Origin: Eubacteriales bacterium
GTDB lineage: Bacteria > Bacillota > Clostridia > Oscillospirales > QAKW01
Direction of reading: 5' to 3'
DNA length: 64,000 nucleotides
Assembly: GCA_045636365.1 (NCBI GenBank)
Contig: JAZTXG010000013.1
Coordinates: forward strand, 212,066-276,065
Below, one piece after another: positions 48,989-59,742 of the stretch (its first letter is position 1; each line of letters begins with the position of its first letter). The translations under genes and the position numbers were made by a program. Under the pieces are notes generated by a model, which made no database searches, was not told the DNA's origin, and saw only the letters and a list, made by a program, of their open reading frames with translations.

Positions 48989-49808
48989 GTGTATTTTGCA
49001 TCAGCATTGTAATCGTCATCGGTCCCACGCCGCCGGGCACAGGTGTGATATGGGACGCTTTATCGAAGCAGGACTCAAAATCCACATCGCCGCAAAGTTT
49101 TCCGTTTTCATCTCGGTTCATACCGACATCAATGACAACCGCACCCTCTTTAATCATATCTGCGGTCACAAACTTTGCTTTCCCGATAGCAACAATCAAG
49201 ATATCGGCCGCTGCGGTCTTTTTCGCCAAATCTTTTGTCTTAGAATGGCAAATCTGTACCGTTGCATTGGAATGAAGCATCAGCATCGCCTGCGGCTTAC
49301 CCACAATGTTGCTCCGCCCGATCACAACGCAATCCTTCCCAGCGACCTCAATACCGCTATATTCCAGCAGTTTCATAACTCCGGCAGGAGTACAGGGCAG
49401 AAACGTGTATTCACCAAGCATAATGTTGCCCACATTGGAGACATGAAACGCGTCCACATCTTTTTGCGGATGAATCGCTGCGATCACCTTTTTTTCATCC
49501 AAATGCTTAGGCAATGGCAGCTGGACCAAAATTCCGTGGATTTTCGGCTCTTGATTCAGCCGATCAATCAACGACAATAATTCTTCTTCTGTCGTTTCTT
49601 GGGGCAATTCATAATTTTCAGAATAAAAGCCTACCTCCGCGCAAGCTTTGATCTTATTACGAACATAAACCTGAGATGCAGCATCCGTCCCAACAATAAT
49701 CACTGCCAACCCGGGCTGAACGCCTGTCTTTTTCAGCGCTTCGGTCTTTTCTTTAATCTCAGCGCGAATATTGGCGGCGATTAGTTTTCCATCAATAATT
49801 TTAGCCAT
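48954..49808 (-). CDS. folD: Bifunctional methylenetetrahydrofolate dehydrogenase/cyclohydrolase
   Basis: [20 protein letters not shown]...GLAVIIVG...[10 protein letters not shown]...[11 protein letters not shown]; start trimmed from the ORF-track M at 49964. Confidence 0.9.
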   Translation of the reverse strand: MAKIIDGKLIAANIRAEIKEKTEALKKTGVQPGLAVIIVGTDAASQVYVRNKIKACAEVGFYSENYELPQETTEEELLSLIDRLNQEPKIHGILVQLPLPKHLDEKKVIAAIHPQKDVDAFHVSNVGNIMLGEYTFLPCTPAGVMKLLEYSGIEVAGKDCVVIGRSNIVGKPQAMLMLHSNATVQICHSKTKDLAKKTAAADILIVAIGKAKFVTADMIKEGAVVIDVGMNRDENGKLCGDVDFESCFDKASHITPVPGGVGPMTITMLMQNTLAAAEKFDNKE

Positions 49809-50742
49809 TTTCCTGCCCACCTTCTTCCTCGGATAATTCTTCGCTATCGACTGCATATGTGAATTGTTTTTCATATGCTGTTTTTTCCGATTCTGTTTCT
49901 TTTTTTTCGCGAACGAAGCGCGCGGGTTTTCGAACATAAAGCAAAATGAGCGCCGCAATTGCAAGCACTGCTATTGCAATCGCCAGCAGCATATTGATGC
50001 GAACGCCAAAAATATGCAAATTATATGTTGCATCTCTCAGCGGTTCCATCCAAGCGCGACCAATGCCATACCATGCGGTATAGAGCAAAAACAATTCGCC
50101 CCTAAACTTTCTCGAATCCATATATGCAAATATCAGCAATAGACCGATCAAATTCCATAAGGATTCATATAAGAACAACGGATGAACATAGGACCATTCG
50201 CCCAGCGCAACTCCCGCATCATTCATTATATTTACGCCCATTCTCCAGGGCAGATCTGTCTCGATGCCAAACACCTCGACATTTGCGAAATTGCCCCAGC
50301 GGCCAATAATCTGCCCCACCATGAATCCAATAGCAGAAAGATCCAACATATTGAGAAAAGAAGCCTTTTTATAGCGGCAAACCAAGTAGCCGGCTAAGCA
50401 TCCGCCGAAAATTCCTCCGTAGATTGCCAGCCCGCCATTCCAAACGCTGACCATTTCAAGAAAGGAATCAAAGCTTTCCAAATCACCCAATATGTACCAT
50501 ATTCTGGCCCCAATAAAGCCGGCAGGTAACCCGAACAACAATACATCCAGCAAATCGTCTTTGCTGACATCGAAGCGATTTGAAAGCAGGTCGCATACAA
50601 TATAGGTCACTACCAGACCGACACATATAATTAAAGCATACCACTCAATCGTCAATTTCCCCGGAATGATCGAAAACACTGTGGGATTGATTTTAAATTC
50701 ACCGATACCAAACCCGGGGAAAGATACCGCATTATAATCCAT
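49801..50742 (-). CDS. lgt: Prolipoprotein diacylglyceryl transferase
   Basis: [10 protein letters not shown] motif, polytopic; start set at MDYNAV (GGAGG RBS; TAATG overlap with the upstream stop). Confidence 0.9.
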   Translation of the reverse strand: MDYNAVSFPGFGIGEFKINPTVFSIIPGKLTIEWYALIICVGLVVTYIVCDLLSNRFDVSKDDLLDVLLFGLPAGFIGARIWYILGDLESFDSFLEMVSVWNGGLAIYGGIFGGCLAGYLVCRYKKASFLNMLDLSAIGFMVGQIIGRWGNFANVEVFGIETDLPWRMGVNIMNDAGVALGEWSYVHPLFLYESLWNLIGLLLIFAYMDSRKFRGELFLLYTAWYGIGRAWMEPLRDATYNLHIFGVRINMLLAIAIAVLAIAALILLYVRKPARFVREKKETESEKTAYEKQFTYAVDSEELSEEEGGQENG

Positions 50743-52031
50743 TATTTTACCTCCTTGATCGGGTTGATGACAGATAGACAACTCCGCTCCTTTGCAAAGA
50801 AAGAATTCGCTCTTTCAATCAAATCATCGGCAGTAATATCCTTTAGCGCATTGATTGCATAAAACGCTTCCGTTCCGTTCAGATAATTCCCAATCAACCG
50901 ATTGACCATCCCATAAGATTGCTCTGTTTCCATAACAAGCGCCCCATAAAGGCCATTGCGAATTTCCAAGAATCGTTCATTATCAATCCCATCATTTCTG
51001 ATATTTTCAATATACTTCCAAGCAGCCGCTTCCACCTCGCGGGGATAATCGCTCTCGCCATTGATGACGCAGAAGGAAAAATAATCAGAAAGATCATACC
51101 AGCAGTCAAATTCATTATTGATTTTGCCCGCCTCATAAAGCTCTTTAAAAAACGGAGAGGATTTTCCAAAAAGATATTCTAAAAGGATTTCTGTCTCCAT
51201 CTCTTTTTTAGAAAGCTCATATCCTTGAATTTCAGTATTGTTGTCTTTAAATCCCAAATGAAAAATCGGACGCGAGACCAACATTTGCTTTTCAACATAC
51301 CGACTACCGGCCGCATCGGGTTCATGGATCGGTAATTTATCCACAGAATAGTCGTTATTGCCGCCGAAATGACGCTCAACAATGGATAAAACGCGTTCTT
51401 TAGGCAAGTCTCCCACGACAGCAAAGATAAGATTACTCGGATGATAAAAAGCATTATAACAATCCATCAAAAGGTCCGGAGTCAAGGAATAAATATCTTC
51501 CACCGTTCCCGCGATGTCTCTGCGAATCGGATGCTCTTGATACAGCCCCTGCACCATCGAAAAATAGCCCTGCCACCCAGGCTCGTCTTCATACATTTTG
51601 ATTTCCTGGGCAATAATCCCCTTTTCTTTTTCAACATTTTCTTCTGTCAAATAAGGATTGGTCACAAACGATAGCAAGATTTCCAGATTCTCTTCAAAGC
51701 GATCACTGCAGACAAAATAATATGCAGTCTTATCGTTCGATGTGTATGCATTGGCCTTTGCTCCGGTCGCCGCATAAAAATCAAAAGCATTTCCGTTTTT
51801 TCCTTCAAAAAGCTTATGCTCTAAAAAATGCGCTGTTCCGTTTGGGACAGTCACCTGCCGGCCATCCTGCATATTAAAAGTATAATTAATTGAGCCAAAC
51901 TTTGTAGCTATCATTGCTGCTTTTTTAGCATTATCGGGCTTGAACATATAATACATTGTAAGCCCGCTCGGAAGGATTATTTTCTCATACTCCATTCCGT
52001 TTGCGTTTGAAAAAGTCTCGCTCTTAATCAT
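50742..52031 (-). CDS. M16-family zinc peptidase (active subunit)
   Basis: HFLEHKLFEG inverted HxxEH zinc motif. Confidence 0.8.
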   Translation of the reverse strand: MIKSETFSNANGMEYEKIILPSGLTMYYMFKPDNAKKAAMIATKFGSINYTFNMQDGRQVTVPNGTAHFLEHKLFEGKNGNAFDFYAATGAKANAYTSNDKTAYYFVCSDRFEENLEILLSFVTNPYLTEENVEKEKGIIAQEIKMYEDEPGWQGYFSMVQGLYQEHPIRRDIAGTVEDIYSLTPDLLMDCYNAFYHPSNLIFAVVGDLPKERVLSIVERHFGGNNDYSVDKLPIHEPDAAGSRYVEKQMLVSRPIFHLGFKDNNTEIQGYELSKKEMETEILLEYLFGKSSPFFKELYEAGKINNEFDCWYDLSDYFSFCVINGESDYPREVEAAAWKYIENIRNDGIDNERFLEIRNGLYGALVMETEQSYGMVNRLIGNYLNGTEAFYAINALKDITADDLIERANSFFAKERSCLSVINPIKEVK

Positions 52032-53284
52032 TCTTCGGTTTGAACTCCCTTCAAAAAGTACACAGTATCCAATTTGGTTTCTTTTGCGATTGAAACAACT
52101 TCATCGCGCGTAACAGACGCAATTTCCTTAATTTCTTGGTCCATCGTCTTTTGTTCGCCGCGCAATGTGCGCGAAACCATTGCCGCCGCAATAGCGCTTT
52201 TGCTATCATAGGACCCGCGGACGCTATCGATCAAATATGCTTTGGCATTGGCAAACTCCTCGTCGCTAAAGTCTCCGCCGGCAATCGCTTGCAGCTGCGC
52301 TTCGATTTCATCGCGCGCTTGCTGATATTTTTCGCTCTCGATCCCACTGGAAACAAACATAACATTTTTAAACCGATCAATCGACGAAGAGCAATAATAG
52401 CAAAGAGAAAGCCGCTCACGAACGTTCATAAAGAGTTTAGAGTTTGCGCTACCGCCATAAAGCACATTAAACAATCGGCAGGCAGCGCCATTCTTCGCCG
52501 CATTTTCTCCCAAACGAAAGCCAAGATTCAACTTGCTTTGATTTAGGTTCATCGGCTCAACAACTTCTTTAATTTCACCGACATTTTTGATGGCGGTTTG
52601 AATGTCAAGTTTCTTTCGTGCGCAGAATCTTTGGAGAAAAGTGTCTGCCAAATCCTTTTGCTTCCCCACATAAGAAACGACAACAAATGCTTCCGCGATC
52701 ATTTTTTGATAAAAAGAATACAGCGTTTCTTCGTTAAAAGACTTCAGCGTTTCCGCATCGCCCATCTCATTAATTCCAAAGGGCTCATCGGCACACATAA
52801 TCGCTTTGCATCGTTCGAGCGAGAATAATCGTTTGTCGTTAAAAAGAGCCGCCATTTTATCCGAAAGGTTTTTCACTTCCTGCTCGACAATCTCTTTATA
52901 AAATCCATTCTCCGTAATCAAGGGAGAAAAAATCAATTCTTCGAGAAAGGAGAGCATATTGGCGTATATCGGTTCGCCGTCGATGGAATACTCATCGTTC
53001 AGAAAATTTGCCGAAACCGTAAAAATCTCCATCTCCCCTGCTTTTCCTGCATGGATGGATAAGGATGCCCCATAATTCTTGGCAAGAAAGCGGCTGATCA
53101 TATCCATTTGGGGAAAAGCTTTGCACCCGCGAGACATAACGCCTGCCAGCAAAGACATCCCTGTTGCATTCTCGGCGGTTAAAGGAAGGATAAAATCCAC
53201 CGATAAATAGCTGCTTTTAAATCGATCGGTTATTCCATAATTAACGGCGACACCTTGGTTTATACTTTTTCGAACAAATTCCAT
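52028..53284 (-). CDS. M16-family peptidase-like protein (non-catalytic partner, no HxxEH)
   Basis: Same fold pattern and size, translationally coupled to the active subunit. Confidence 0.7.
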   Translation of the reverse strand: MEFVRKSINQGVAVNYGITDRFKSSYLSVDFILPLTAENATGMSLLAGVMSRGCKAFPQMDMISRFLAKNYGASLSIHAGKAGEMEIFTVSANFLNDEYSIDGEPIYANMLSFLEELIFSPLITENGFYKEIVEQEVKNLSDKMAALFNDKRLFSLERCKAIMCADEPFGINEMGDAETLKSFNEETLYSFYQKMIAEAFVVVSYVGKQKDLADTFLQRFCARKKLDIQTAIKNVGEIKEVVEPMNLNQSKLNLGFRLGENAAKNGAACRLFNVLYGGSANSKLFMNVRERLSLCYYCSSSIDRFKNVMFVSSGIESEKYQQARDEIEAQLQAIAGGDFSDEEFANAKAYLIDSVRGSYDSKSAIAAAMVSRTLRGEQKTMDQEIKEIASVTRDEVVSIAKETKLDTVYFLKGVQTEE

Positions 53285-53360
53285 TGTTGCTCCTTAAAAT
53301 ATTTAAATAATATAGTATTATATCATATAAATATAGTATTGAAAAGACCTTCGACAAAAT

Positions 53361-56198
53361 TTAAGAGTTTGCCAATGCAAAATAGTTTTTCAATCCTATT
53401 ACAATATTTTTTGCAATTTTCTCTGTATTATCCGCACTACACATAAGTTCATATTCCATCGGATTACACAGATAACCCGCCTCGATTAATATGGACGGAC
53501 ATCTTGTCTGCCGACAAACAAACAGGCTTTGGCGGCGAACCTTTACTTTCGGATTTTTACTGATTCCCGCCCAAAGATTTTGAGAAATCTGCTCAGCAAG
53601 AGGTTTGGAAAGTTCCGATGAATACAGCACCATCCCGCCCGAAACCTCATTGAAATCTGATGTTTGGTCGGTTGAATTATGATGCAACGATATAAAAAGG
53701 TCCGGCGCTGTGTTTTCGGAAATCACCACACGCTCTTCCAGCTCGAGAAAGGTATCCTCTTTTCTGGTCAGCAAAACATTAACGCCCGACTCTTCCAATT
53801 CTCTTTTCAAATATCGGGCAAGTAAGAAATTCAGTTCACTCTCTGTCGGCGATGCATCCCCGCCGGGACCAAGCGCCCCGCAATCTTCCCCGCCATGACC
53901 GGCATCCAGCAAAATGGTTTTTCCGCGCAGTTTATTTGACTGCAATCTCAATTTGATTTGCAAAACATTCTCGCTCGGCAAAATTTCATATCCAACGATA
54001 TTCAAATCCGCTTTTGAACTAATACGCAGAGCAGTTTCGCTTTCATTATATTCCGATTCCAGATTCAATTTCATTGTCTCTGACCTTGCCGCTAATGGCA
54101 GGTCTCGGCTAATATTAGTTTTAACATATAAGCCGTTTGCATCGCTAAAAACGGAATATTCGATCGGCGCTTTCGCTCGAAGGGTAACGGTCTCATAATC
54201 ATAATCGCTCGTACCATTGGGTTCAAAAGAATCGGTCGAGACCATACTCTTCTCGATCCAATAACCATTTTTGAGCAACATACGCGTTCCTTCTTCGGCA
54301 ACAGCAGAAACCCTGCACCCCTGCGCCAACGGAGGATGGTCCATTTGGGAACCGCCAACGCTATCATCAAAAACATATGTATCTTTAATCAAACGGTAAG
54401 TTTGTTCTGTTCCATCCGAAAGTAAACACATCGAAAAATCGACAAAAAACTCCTGTTTTTCTTCATCACCGCGTTTTGCAATAAACTTAAAGTTCTTTAA
54501 CTCCAGCTTGTCCGTCGCCGATAAAGAAGGTACCGTCCATTCCGCCAAGAACTTTGCACTCTCGGCATCATATGAAAAGGGTATGTTTATTATCCCATTT
54601 ATCAGCATCAAGCTGTAGTTTGAGTCTCCTTGCACCGAGAAACGAACGACATCTCCGCTGTTATGAACCAGATTACTATTCGGATAAAATGAATCCACAT
54701 CAAGAATCATATTCGATTTTTTCGGCGCGGTACGAACAACGCTGATTACTTTTTCTTTACCGCCCGAGCGAGCGATAATTTTGTTTTCCCCGATTTTCAA
54801 GGGTACATACGCCGAAAAATATCCCCGATCGCTGACAATCGCTGAAACCCCATTCACAGTGACCTTCTGCCCTGCAGAAGTTGTGCCTGAAATGGAGATA
54901 TGCGATGATTGCACTTTGGTATTATTTTGAGGCGTATGAATCGCCAATGAAGTATTATGTTGAACAAACAAGGGGTCAATTTCCTGCGGCTTGGAGGAAT
55001 TATTTGGATTTTCTTTATAATATTTTTTAATGGTATTGGTAACACCGAGCGGATTTTCCATTAAAACGCCATATCGAAAAAAGCAATGCCCTGCATAGCT
55101 CGATTTATTCGCTGCATATTGTAATTGTCGCCGAATTTGATTGGGGTCTTTCCACCCCACCTCATCCGTATTGACCTTATACGCTGCCATACCGATATAT
55201 AATTTCACATCGGTTTTTTTACATACCGATTCCCACCAATCGACAATTTCTGCATACGGTGCTTTTTCATGGTCAAAGGTCCAATATACTTGCGGGCAAA
55301 TATAATCCAGCCATCCTTTTTCCACCCACTTTTTACTATCGGAAAAAATTGCGGCATAAGAACTCATTCCGCGCGTATTGCTTCCCAAAGAATTGGTGGA
55401 TTTGTTGGCCCAGATTCCAAAAGGGCTGATACCGAATTCTTTATCGGGATCTTTGGATTTGATTAAATTATACGCCAGTCGAACAAGCTCATCCACAGAC
55501 TCTCGCCTGAAATCCGCCAAAGAACGACCATCCCCATACTTTTTATAGGTTTCCGAATCATCAAAGCCGTTCAGATCGTATGGATAAAAATAATCATCAA
55601 AATGAATTCCATCCACATCGTAGTTGCTTATCAACTCATCGATTCCATCCAATATTAATGAACGCACCTCGGGAAGGCCGGGGTTATAGTACAGGCCTGT
55701 AGCAGATTGAATGGTATATTCAGGGTGCAGAATTGCGGGGTTATTGCTCGATAGTGTGGGGGCTATATTTTTCCCTGTCCCGATTCGGTATGGATTGATC
55801 CATGCATGTAATTCAATATTATTTTTATGTGCTTTTTCAATAAAATAACTCAACGGATCAAATGCTTGATCGGGGGCCACTCCTTGTTTGCCGGATAAAT
55901 ATTTACTCCAAGGAAAAATCTCGGATCGATACAACGCATCCCCATTGGGCCGAACCTGAAAAAAGATTGTATTTAAGCCAATGTTTTTGCAATTAATTAC
56001 AATATCATCAATTTCTTTGCGCAGATTTGCCGCAGACATTCCCATTTTCGAGGGGAAATCTAAATTTCCAACGCTGGAGACCCAGCACGCACGCGTCTCA
56101 AAAGTTGCGCGTTCCGAAGCGGAACTGCACCCAACAAAAGAAAGGGCATTGACAAATACAAAGAAAAAGATAAAAACAAACAGCAGTATTCTTTTCAT
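53361..56198 (-). CDS. Lipoprotein fusion: GHL10 (YngK/DUF187) glycoside-hydrolase-like domain + Ig-like region + N-acetylmuramoyl-L-alanine amidase (Amidase_3)
   Basis: Lipobox LSFVGCSS; RACWVSS...FFQVRPNGDALYRS...FDPLSYFIEKAH...ELHAWINPYR (GHL10); C-term ILLDAGHGGEDCGA...SLHHNS...ILIEAGYLCNP (Amidase_3). Confidence 0.75.
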   Translation of the reverse strand: MKRILLFVFIFFFVFVNALSFVGCSSASERATFETRACWVSSVGNLDFPSKMGMSAANLRKEIDDIVINCKNIGLNTIFFQVRPNGDALYRSEIFPWSKYLSGKQGVAPDQAFDPLSYFIEKAHKNNIELHAWINPYRIGTGKNIAPTLSSNNPAILHPEYTIQSATGLYYNPGLPEVRSLILDGIDELISNYDVDGIHFDDYFYPYDLNGFDDSETYKKYGDGRSLADFRRESVDELVRLAYNLIKSKDPDKEFGISPFGIWANKSTNSLGSNTRGMSSYAAIFSDSKKWVEKGWLDYICPQVYWTFDHEKAPYAEIVDWWESVCKKTDVKLYIGMAAYKVNTDEVGWKDPNQIRRQLQYAANKSSYAGHCFFRYGVLMENPLGVTNTIKKYYKENPNNSSKPQEIDPLFVQHNTSLAIHTPQNNTKVQSSHISISGTTSAGQKVTVNGVSAIVSDRGYFSAYVPLKIGENKIIARSGGKEKVISVVRTAPKKSNMILDVDSFYPNSNLVHNSGDVVRFSVQGDSNYSLMLINGIINIPFSYDAESAKFLAEWTVPSLSATDKLELKNFKFIAKRGDEEKQEFFVDFSMCLLSDGTEQTYRLIKDTYVFDDSVGGSQMDHPPLAQGCRVSAVAEEGTRMLLKNGYWIEKSMVSTDSFEPNGTSDYDYETVTLRAKAPIEYSVFSDANGLYVKTNISRDLPLAARSETMKLNLESEYNESETALRISSKADLNIVGYEILPSENVLQIKLRLQSNKLRGKTILLDAGHGGEDCGALGPGGDASPTESELNFLLARYLKRELEESGVNVLLTRKEDTFLELEERVVISENTAPDLFISLHHNSTDQTSDFNEVSGGMVLYSSELSKPLAEQISQNLWAGISKNPKVKVRRQSLFVCRQTRCPSILIEAGYLCNPMEYELMCSADNTEKIAKNIVIGLKNYFALANS

Positions 56199-56235
56199 AT
56201 TCTCCTCCTTTTATACTCATATGCCCTATTCTATG

Positions 56236-56267
56236 CAAAAAGTCTTATACCAATGTATAAGACTTTC
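56236..56267 (-). terminator. Rho-independent terminator
   Basis: agtcttatac-caat-gtataagact stem + U5 on the minus strand. Confidence 0.7.
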
Positions 56268-56272
56268 ACATA

Positions 56273-56722
56273 TCAATAATAACTTGGTTCTGTTTTTGAC
56301 TCATCACAGTCGATTCCATCATAAAACTTCAAAAAACGATTAAATGTATCCTTATCGGTATATTCATATGCCACCTGATCGTAAAATGCCATTTTTTCGT
56401 TCAGAATTAAACGATGGTCTTTTTGACCATGTAAAATAACAATGATTTTTGCTTCCTCAATAGGATTTGGGTGTTCAGAAGAGGCTTTTTTGGCAGGAAG
56501 GTCTCGAATCATCGAGCAAATTTTATCCAAATCAGAGGATGATGTAAGATCCTTCTTGCAATAATAAGGATCTTTTCCTTCTTCCTTGTATTCCTTTTGA
56601 ATTTCAGCCGACATCACTTTTTCCCTCGGTATATAAATCGTGTCGTTCTGAACTTTCAAGCTGCAAGCATTTAAAAGTAATAAAATTACAATTAAAAATA
56701 AAGCTAATACTCTTTTTCCCAT
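56273..56722 (-). CDS. Hypothetical lipoprotein (149 aa)
   Basis: Signal peptide with lipobox LLLNACS. Confidence 0.5.
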   Translation of the reverse strand: MGKRVLALFLIVILLLLNACSLKVQNDTIYIPREKVMSAEIQKEYKEEGKDPYYCKKDLTSSSDLDKICSMIRDLPAKKASSEHPNPIEEAKIIVILHGQKDHRLILNEKMAFYDQVAYEYTDKDTFNRFLKFYDGIDCDESKTEPSYY

Positions 56723-56732
56723 ATCATTCCTC

Positions 56733-57365
56733 TTATTTTAAAGGTTCGATTGAAGTCGATAAAATCGTCCCGCTGACCGCGTCTACATCGCAACTATATA
56801 TTTTATCATTCAGCATTGAAATAAATTGAATGGAATATTTCTCTATTCCATCAGCTGCCGTCAACGACATCGAAACATAATCATAATGAAATTCCGCCTC
56901 TCCGCTGAATGCACGCACTCCGCTCGACATTGCCTTTCCACTGTCTACCGCAATCGATGCTCCGTCAAAAGCATCCGTCGTTTTGACCAGTCGATAAGGA
57001 TCGATCCCATCTTTGGAATAAACCGCTTTATCGAATCGCTCAATATATCCTGTTTTGGAATTGATTTCAGCGATGTAAATATCCGAATATTCCGCCTGAC
57101 CGGCAGGGGCAGACGAATAATACAGTTTAACCACGCCGTTACTATCGCTGTTTAATGTCAATTCAATCCCGTGCAGCAAGTAGTTTTCTTTGTTTTTCTT
57201 AACCAAATAATCGGTCATTGCCTCGGAAATTGTAACCGCGGTATTATTTGTTTTCCCAAGGCTCTTATCATTCTCAAAAAAATCACCGATAATCGGCAAC
57301 GAACAAGAAGAAAAGAGCAGAAGAACACATACCATTAACAAAGGTAAAACAATCCGTTTTTTCAT
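56733..57365 (-). CDS. Hypothetical lipoprotein, possible PepSY-like C-terminus (210 aa)
   Basis: Lipobox LLFSSCS; C-terminal YSCDVDAVSGTIL resembles the PepSY signature. Confidence 0.45.
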   Translation of the reverse strand: MKKRIVLPLLMVCVLLLFSSCSLPIIGDFFENDKSLGKTNNTAVTISEAMTDYLVKKNKENYLLHGIELTLNSDSNGVVKLYYSSAPAGQAEYSDIYIAEINSKTGYIERFDKAVYSKDGIDPYRLVKTTDAFDGASIAVDSGKAMSSGVRAFSGEAEFHYDYVSMSLTAADGIEKYSIQFISMLNDKIYSCDVDAVSGTILSTSIEPLK

Positions 57366-57374
57366 ACATACCCC

Positions 57375-58103
57375 TTATAAACTATAAAGATAGCTAATTT
57401 CTTTTTGCGTCAATGCTCTATATTGACCCGACCGCAATGTTCCGATCGATAGATTCGCAATTTTATCTCTTTTCAGCCGCAAGACTTCCAGCCCCAACGC
57501 TTCACACATTTTTCGGATTTCGCGGTTCTTTCCTTCATAAAGAGTAAGATAAAAAACGGTGCGATCGCTTTTCATTTCCAAAATTTCAAGTTCCGCAGAG
57601 CGCGTTGTATAATCATCTTCAGCAATATAAATGCCATTCTCAAAGGATTTAATATGCTCGCGATTCAATGCGCCTTTGACAATGACGCGATAGGTCTTGG
57701 GAATGTGGTTAGCGGGATGGGTCAACTTATTTGCAAGATCGCCATCGTTTGTAAGCAACAGCAACCCTTCGCTGTCTTTATCCAGCCGACCCACAGGATA
57801 TAACCGAATGCGTTCCTTCGCGATCAAATCGGCGACACACTTTCTCCCCTGCTCGTCGCTCATAGTGGTCACACAACCGCGCGGCTTATAAAGCATCAAT
57901 GTTACTTTATTTCTGGTCGCCGGTTTTACCACTTTGCCATCGATACGCACCAAATCGCGCGCACCGTCGGTTTTATCACCTAACCGGACAGGATAACCAT
58001 TCAATGTGACCCTGCCTTCTTCCATCAGCTTTTCTGCCGCCCTGCGCGAGCAATAGCCGCAATCGGCGATGTATTTTTGAATTCTAATTGTACGTTCGTT
58101 CAT
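57375..58103 (-). CDS. rluB: 23S rRNA pseudouridine synthase (RluB/RsuA family)
   Basis: N-terminal S4 domain; catalytic GRLDKDSEGLLLLTNDG. Confidence 0.85.
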   Translation of the reverse strand: MNERTIRIQKYIADCGYCSRRAAEKLMEEGRVTLNGYPVRLGDKTDGARDLVRIDGKVVKPATRNKVTLMLYKPRGCVTTMSDEQGRKCVADLIAKERIRLYPVGRLDKDSEGLLLLTNDGDLANKLTHPANHIPKTYRVIVKGALNREHIKSFENGIYIAEDDYTTRSAELEILEMKSDRTVFYLTLYEGKNREIRKMCEALGLEVLRLKRDKIANLSIGTLRSGQYRALTQKEISYLYSL

Positions 58104-58144
58104 TTTTCTCTCTTTTCAATGTTTTTTTATATTGTACCTCTTTT

Positions 58145-59245
58145 TCACTCTTTTTTCAATAATAATCGTCGAAAAAAACGAATAATTCCGGTAATAAAGA
58201 GTTCTTTTTTCACCGGAGCCTCTATTGATTGCTCCAAGACTAACGGACTTTCGCTGATTTTGCACGGACCATACCAATATTCCACCGTTCCGACAACGTC
58301 GCCGGCATCTTTATTTCCATATATAAAACCGCTCGCCTTAACCTTTTTTATTATGTTTTCACCGGAGTCAAAAAGTCTCGCAGAAACTTTATTACAATTT
58401 GCGGCAATCACCTCTCCTCCGCCCGCAACACGAAGTCGAACCGAAAAATCCCCCACTTCATCAATCGTTACATCTTTTGTTTTTTCAAACCATTTTTCAT
58501 ATGCGTTGGTATGAATATTCCAATCATCGCGAATACCTAATGTGATGCAAATCAACGAAACCCCTCGGCGTTCGGCCACACTGACCAAGCATCGACCCGC
58601 CGCCATAGTATACCCGGTCTTTCCTCCAATACAATCCGGATATAATTTCAAGAGTTTATTATGGTTGATAATAGTCTTGCCGTGAATTTTGTATTGCGTT
58701 GTCGCCGTTATTTTTCGAAAGTTTTGATTTTTCATCGCATAGAACATTATTAATGCTAATTCTTTTGCCGTCGTATAGTGTTCTTTATCCGGCAATCCGC
58801 TTGGATTGGCAAACTTTGTATTTTTAAGCCCCAATGATTTTGCTTTTGCATTCATTTGGTCAACAAACGAAGAAACGTCCCCTTTCCCCACATACCAAGC
58901 CAATGCCTCGGCGCAATCATTTGCAGATTGAAGCATCAAACCGTATAGCAATTCATTCACCGTATATTTATCACCTTTTTTAATATAAAGCGACGTACCT
59001 TCCACCCCAACTGCTTCTTGAGGAATTTCGACAATCGCCTTCGGGTCAACTTGCTCAAGAACAAGCAGAGCGGTCATGATTTTAGTCGTACTGGCCATTG
59101 GTAAGGGGAGCTCGCCGTTACTTTCTTCCAAAACCGTTTGCGTGCGGCCATCCATAACTAAAAATGCTCCCGTTCCCGCTTCGGACGAAAACGGAACAGA
59201 GAAAAGCACCGCAAATATCAACAAGAATGAAACTGTTTTTTTCAA
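58145..59245 (-). CDS. dacB: Serine-type D-Ala-D-Ala carboxypeptidase (PBP5*-like, sporulation context)
   Basis: SxxK ASTTKIMT, SxN QSANDC, KTG GGKTGYT; TTG start; scpAB...dacB...rluB synteny as in B. subtilis. Confidence 0.8.
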   Translation of the reverse strand: MKKTVSFLLIFAVLFSVPFSSEAGTGAFLVMDGRTQTVLEESNGELPLPMASTTKIMTALLVLEQVDPKAIVEIPQEAVGVEGTSLYIKKGDKYTVNELLYGLMLQSANDCAEALAWYVGKGDVSSFVDQMNAKAKSLGLKNTKFANPSGLPDKEHYTTAKELALIMFYAMKNQNFRKITATTQYKIHGKTIINHNKLLKLYPDCIGGKTGYTMAAGRCLVSVAERRGVSLICITLGIRDDWNIHTNAYEKWFEKTKDVTIDEVGDFSVRLRVAGGGEVIAANCNKVSARLFDSGENIIKKVKASGFIYGNKDAGDVVGTVEYWYGPCKISESPLVLEQSIEAPVKKELFITGIIRFFRRLLLKKE

Positions 59246-59284
59246 AATAAAATCACCCGCCTCAATATATGGCAGGTGATTTTT
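59246..59284 (-). terminator. Rho-independent terminator after ytfJ, abutting the dacB TTG start
   Basis: aaatcacctgcc...ggcgggtgattt stem (1 mismatch) followed by tattttg. Confidence 0.55.
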
Positions 59285-59297
59285 ATTTAGAACTGAA

Positions 59298-59675
59298 TTA
59301 AACTTCCGTCTCTTTATTTGTATTGATTAATCCGACAATCTTATCGGTAATCTCCGGCAGGAGATCCACCAATTTATCCAAGCCATTCATCGAATCCGAG
59401 ATCGGCAGCATACGAACATTATCGTTCTTAACGACAAGGAAACAAACCGGATTGACTTTAATGCAACCGCCTGCTCCACCCCCAAAATGCTCATTTTGAG
59501 GATCCGAACCAAAGCCGCTTCCGCCACCGGCAAACCCACAAGTTACCTTAGAAATGGGAATCAATGTCAATTCCTCGTTCACTTTAATCGGATCGCCGAT
59601 TACTGTATCGACATCAACAAGTTTCTTTATTCCATCCAAAGCGCCGTTCAAAACAGAATCCACTTTATTCTCCAT
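59298..59675 (-). CDS. ytfJ: Sporulation protein YtfJ (GerW family)
   Basis: TVIGDPIKVNEELTLIPISKVTCGFAGGGSGFG...GGGAGGCIKVNPVCFLVV. Confidence 0.75.
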   Translation of the reverse strand: MENKVDSVLNGALDGIKKLVDVDTVIGDPIKVNEELTLIPISKVTCGFAGGGSGFGSDPQNEHFGGGAGGCIKVNPVCFLVVKNDNVRMLPISDSMNGLDKLVDLLPEITDKIVGLINTNKETEV

Positions 59676-59742
59676 CTTTTCGTCTCCTTTTTGATACTAC
59701 ACAATATATTATATCACAAATTGCTGAATAAATCAATAATAA

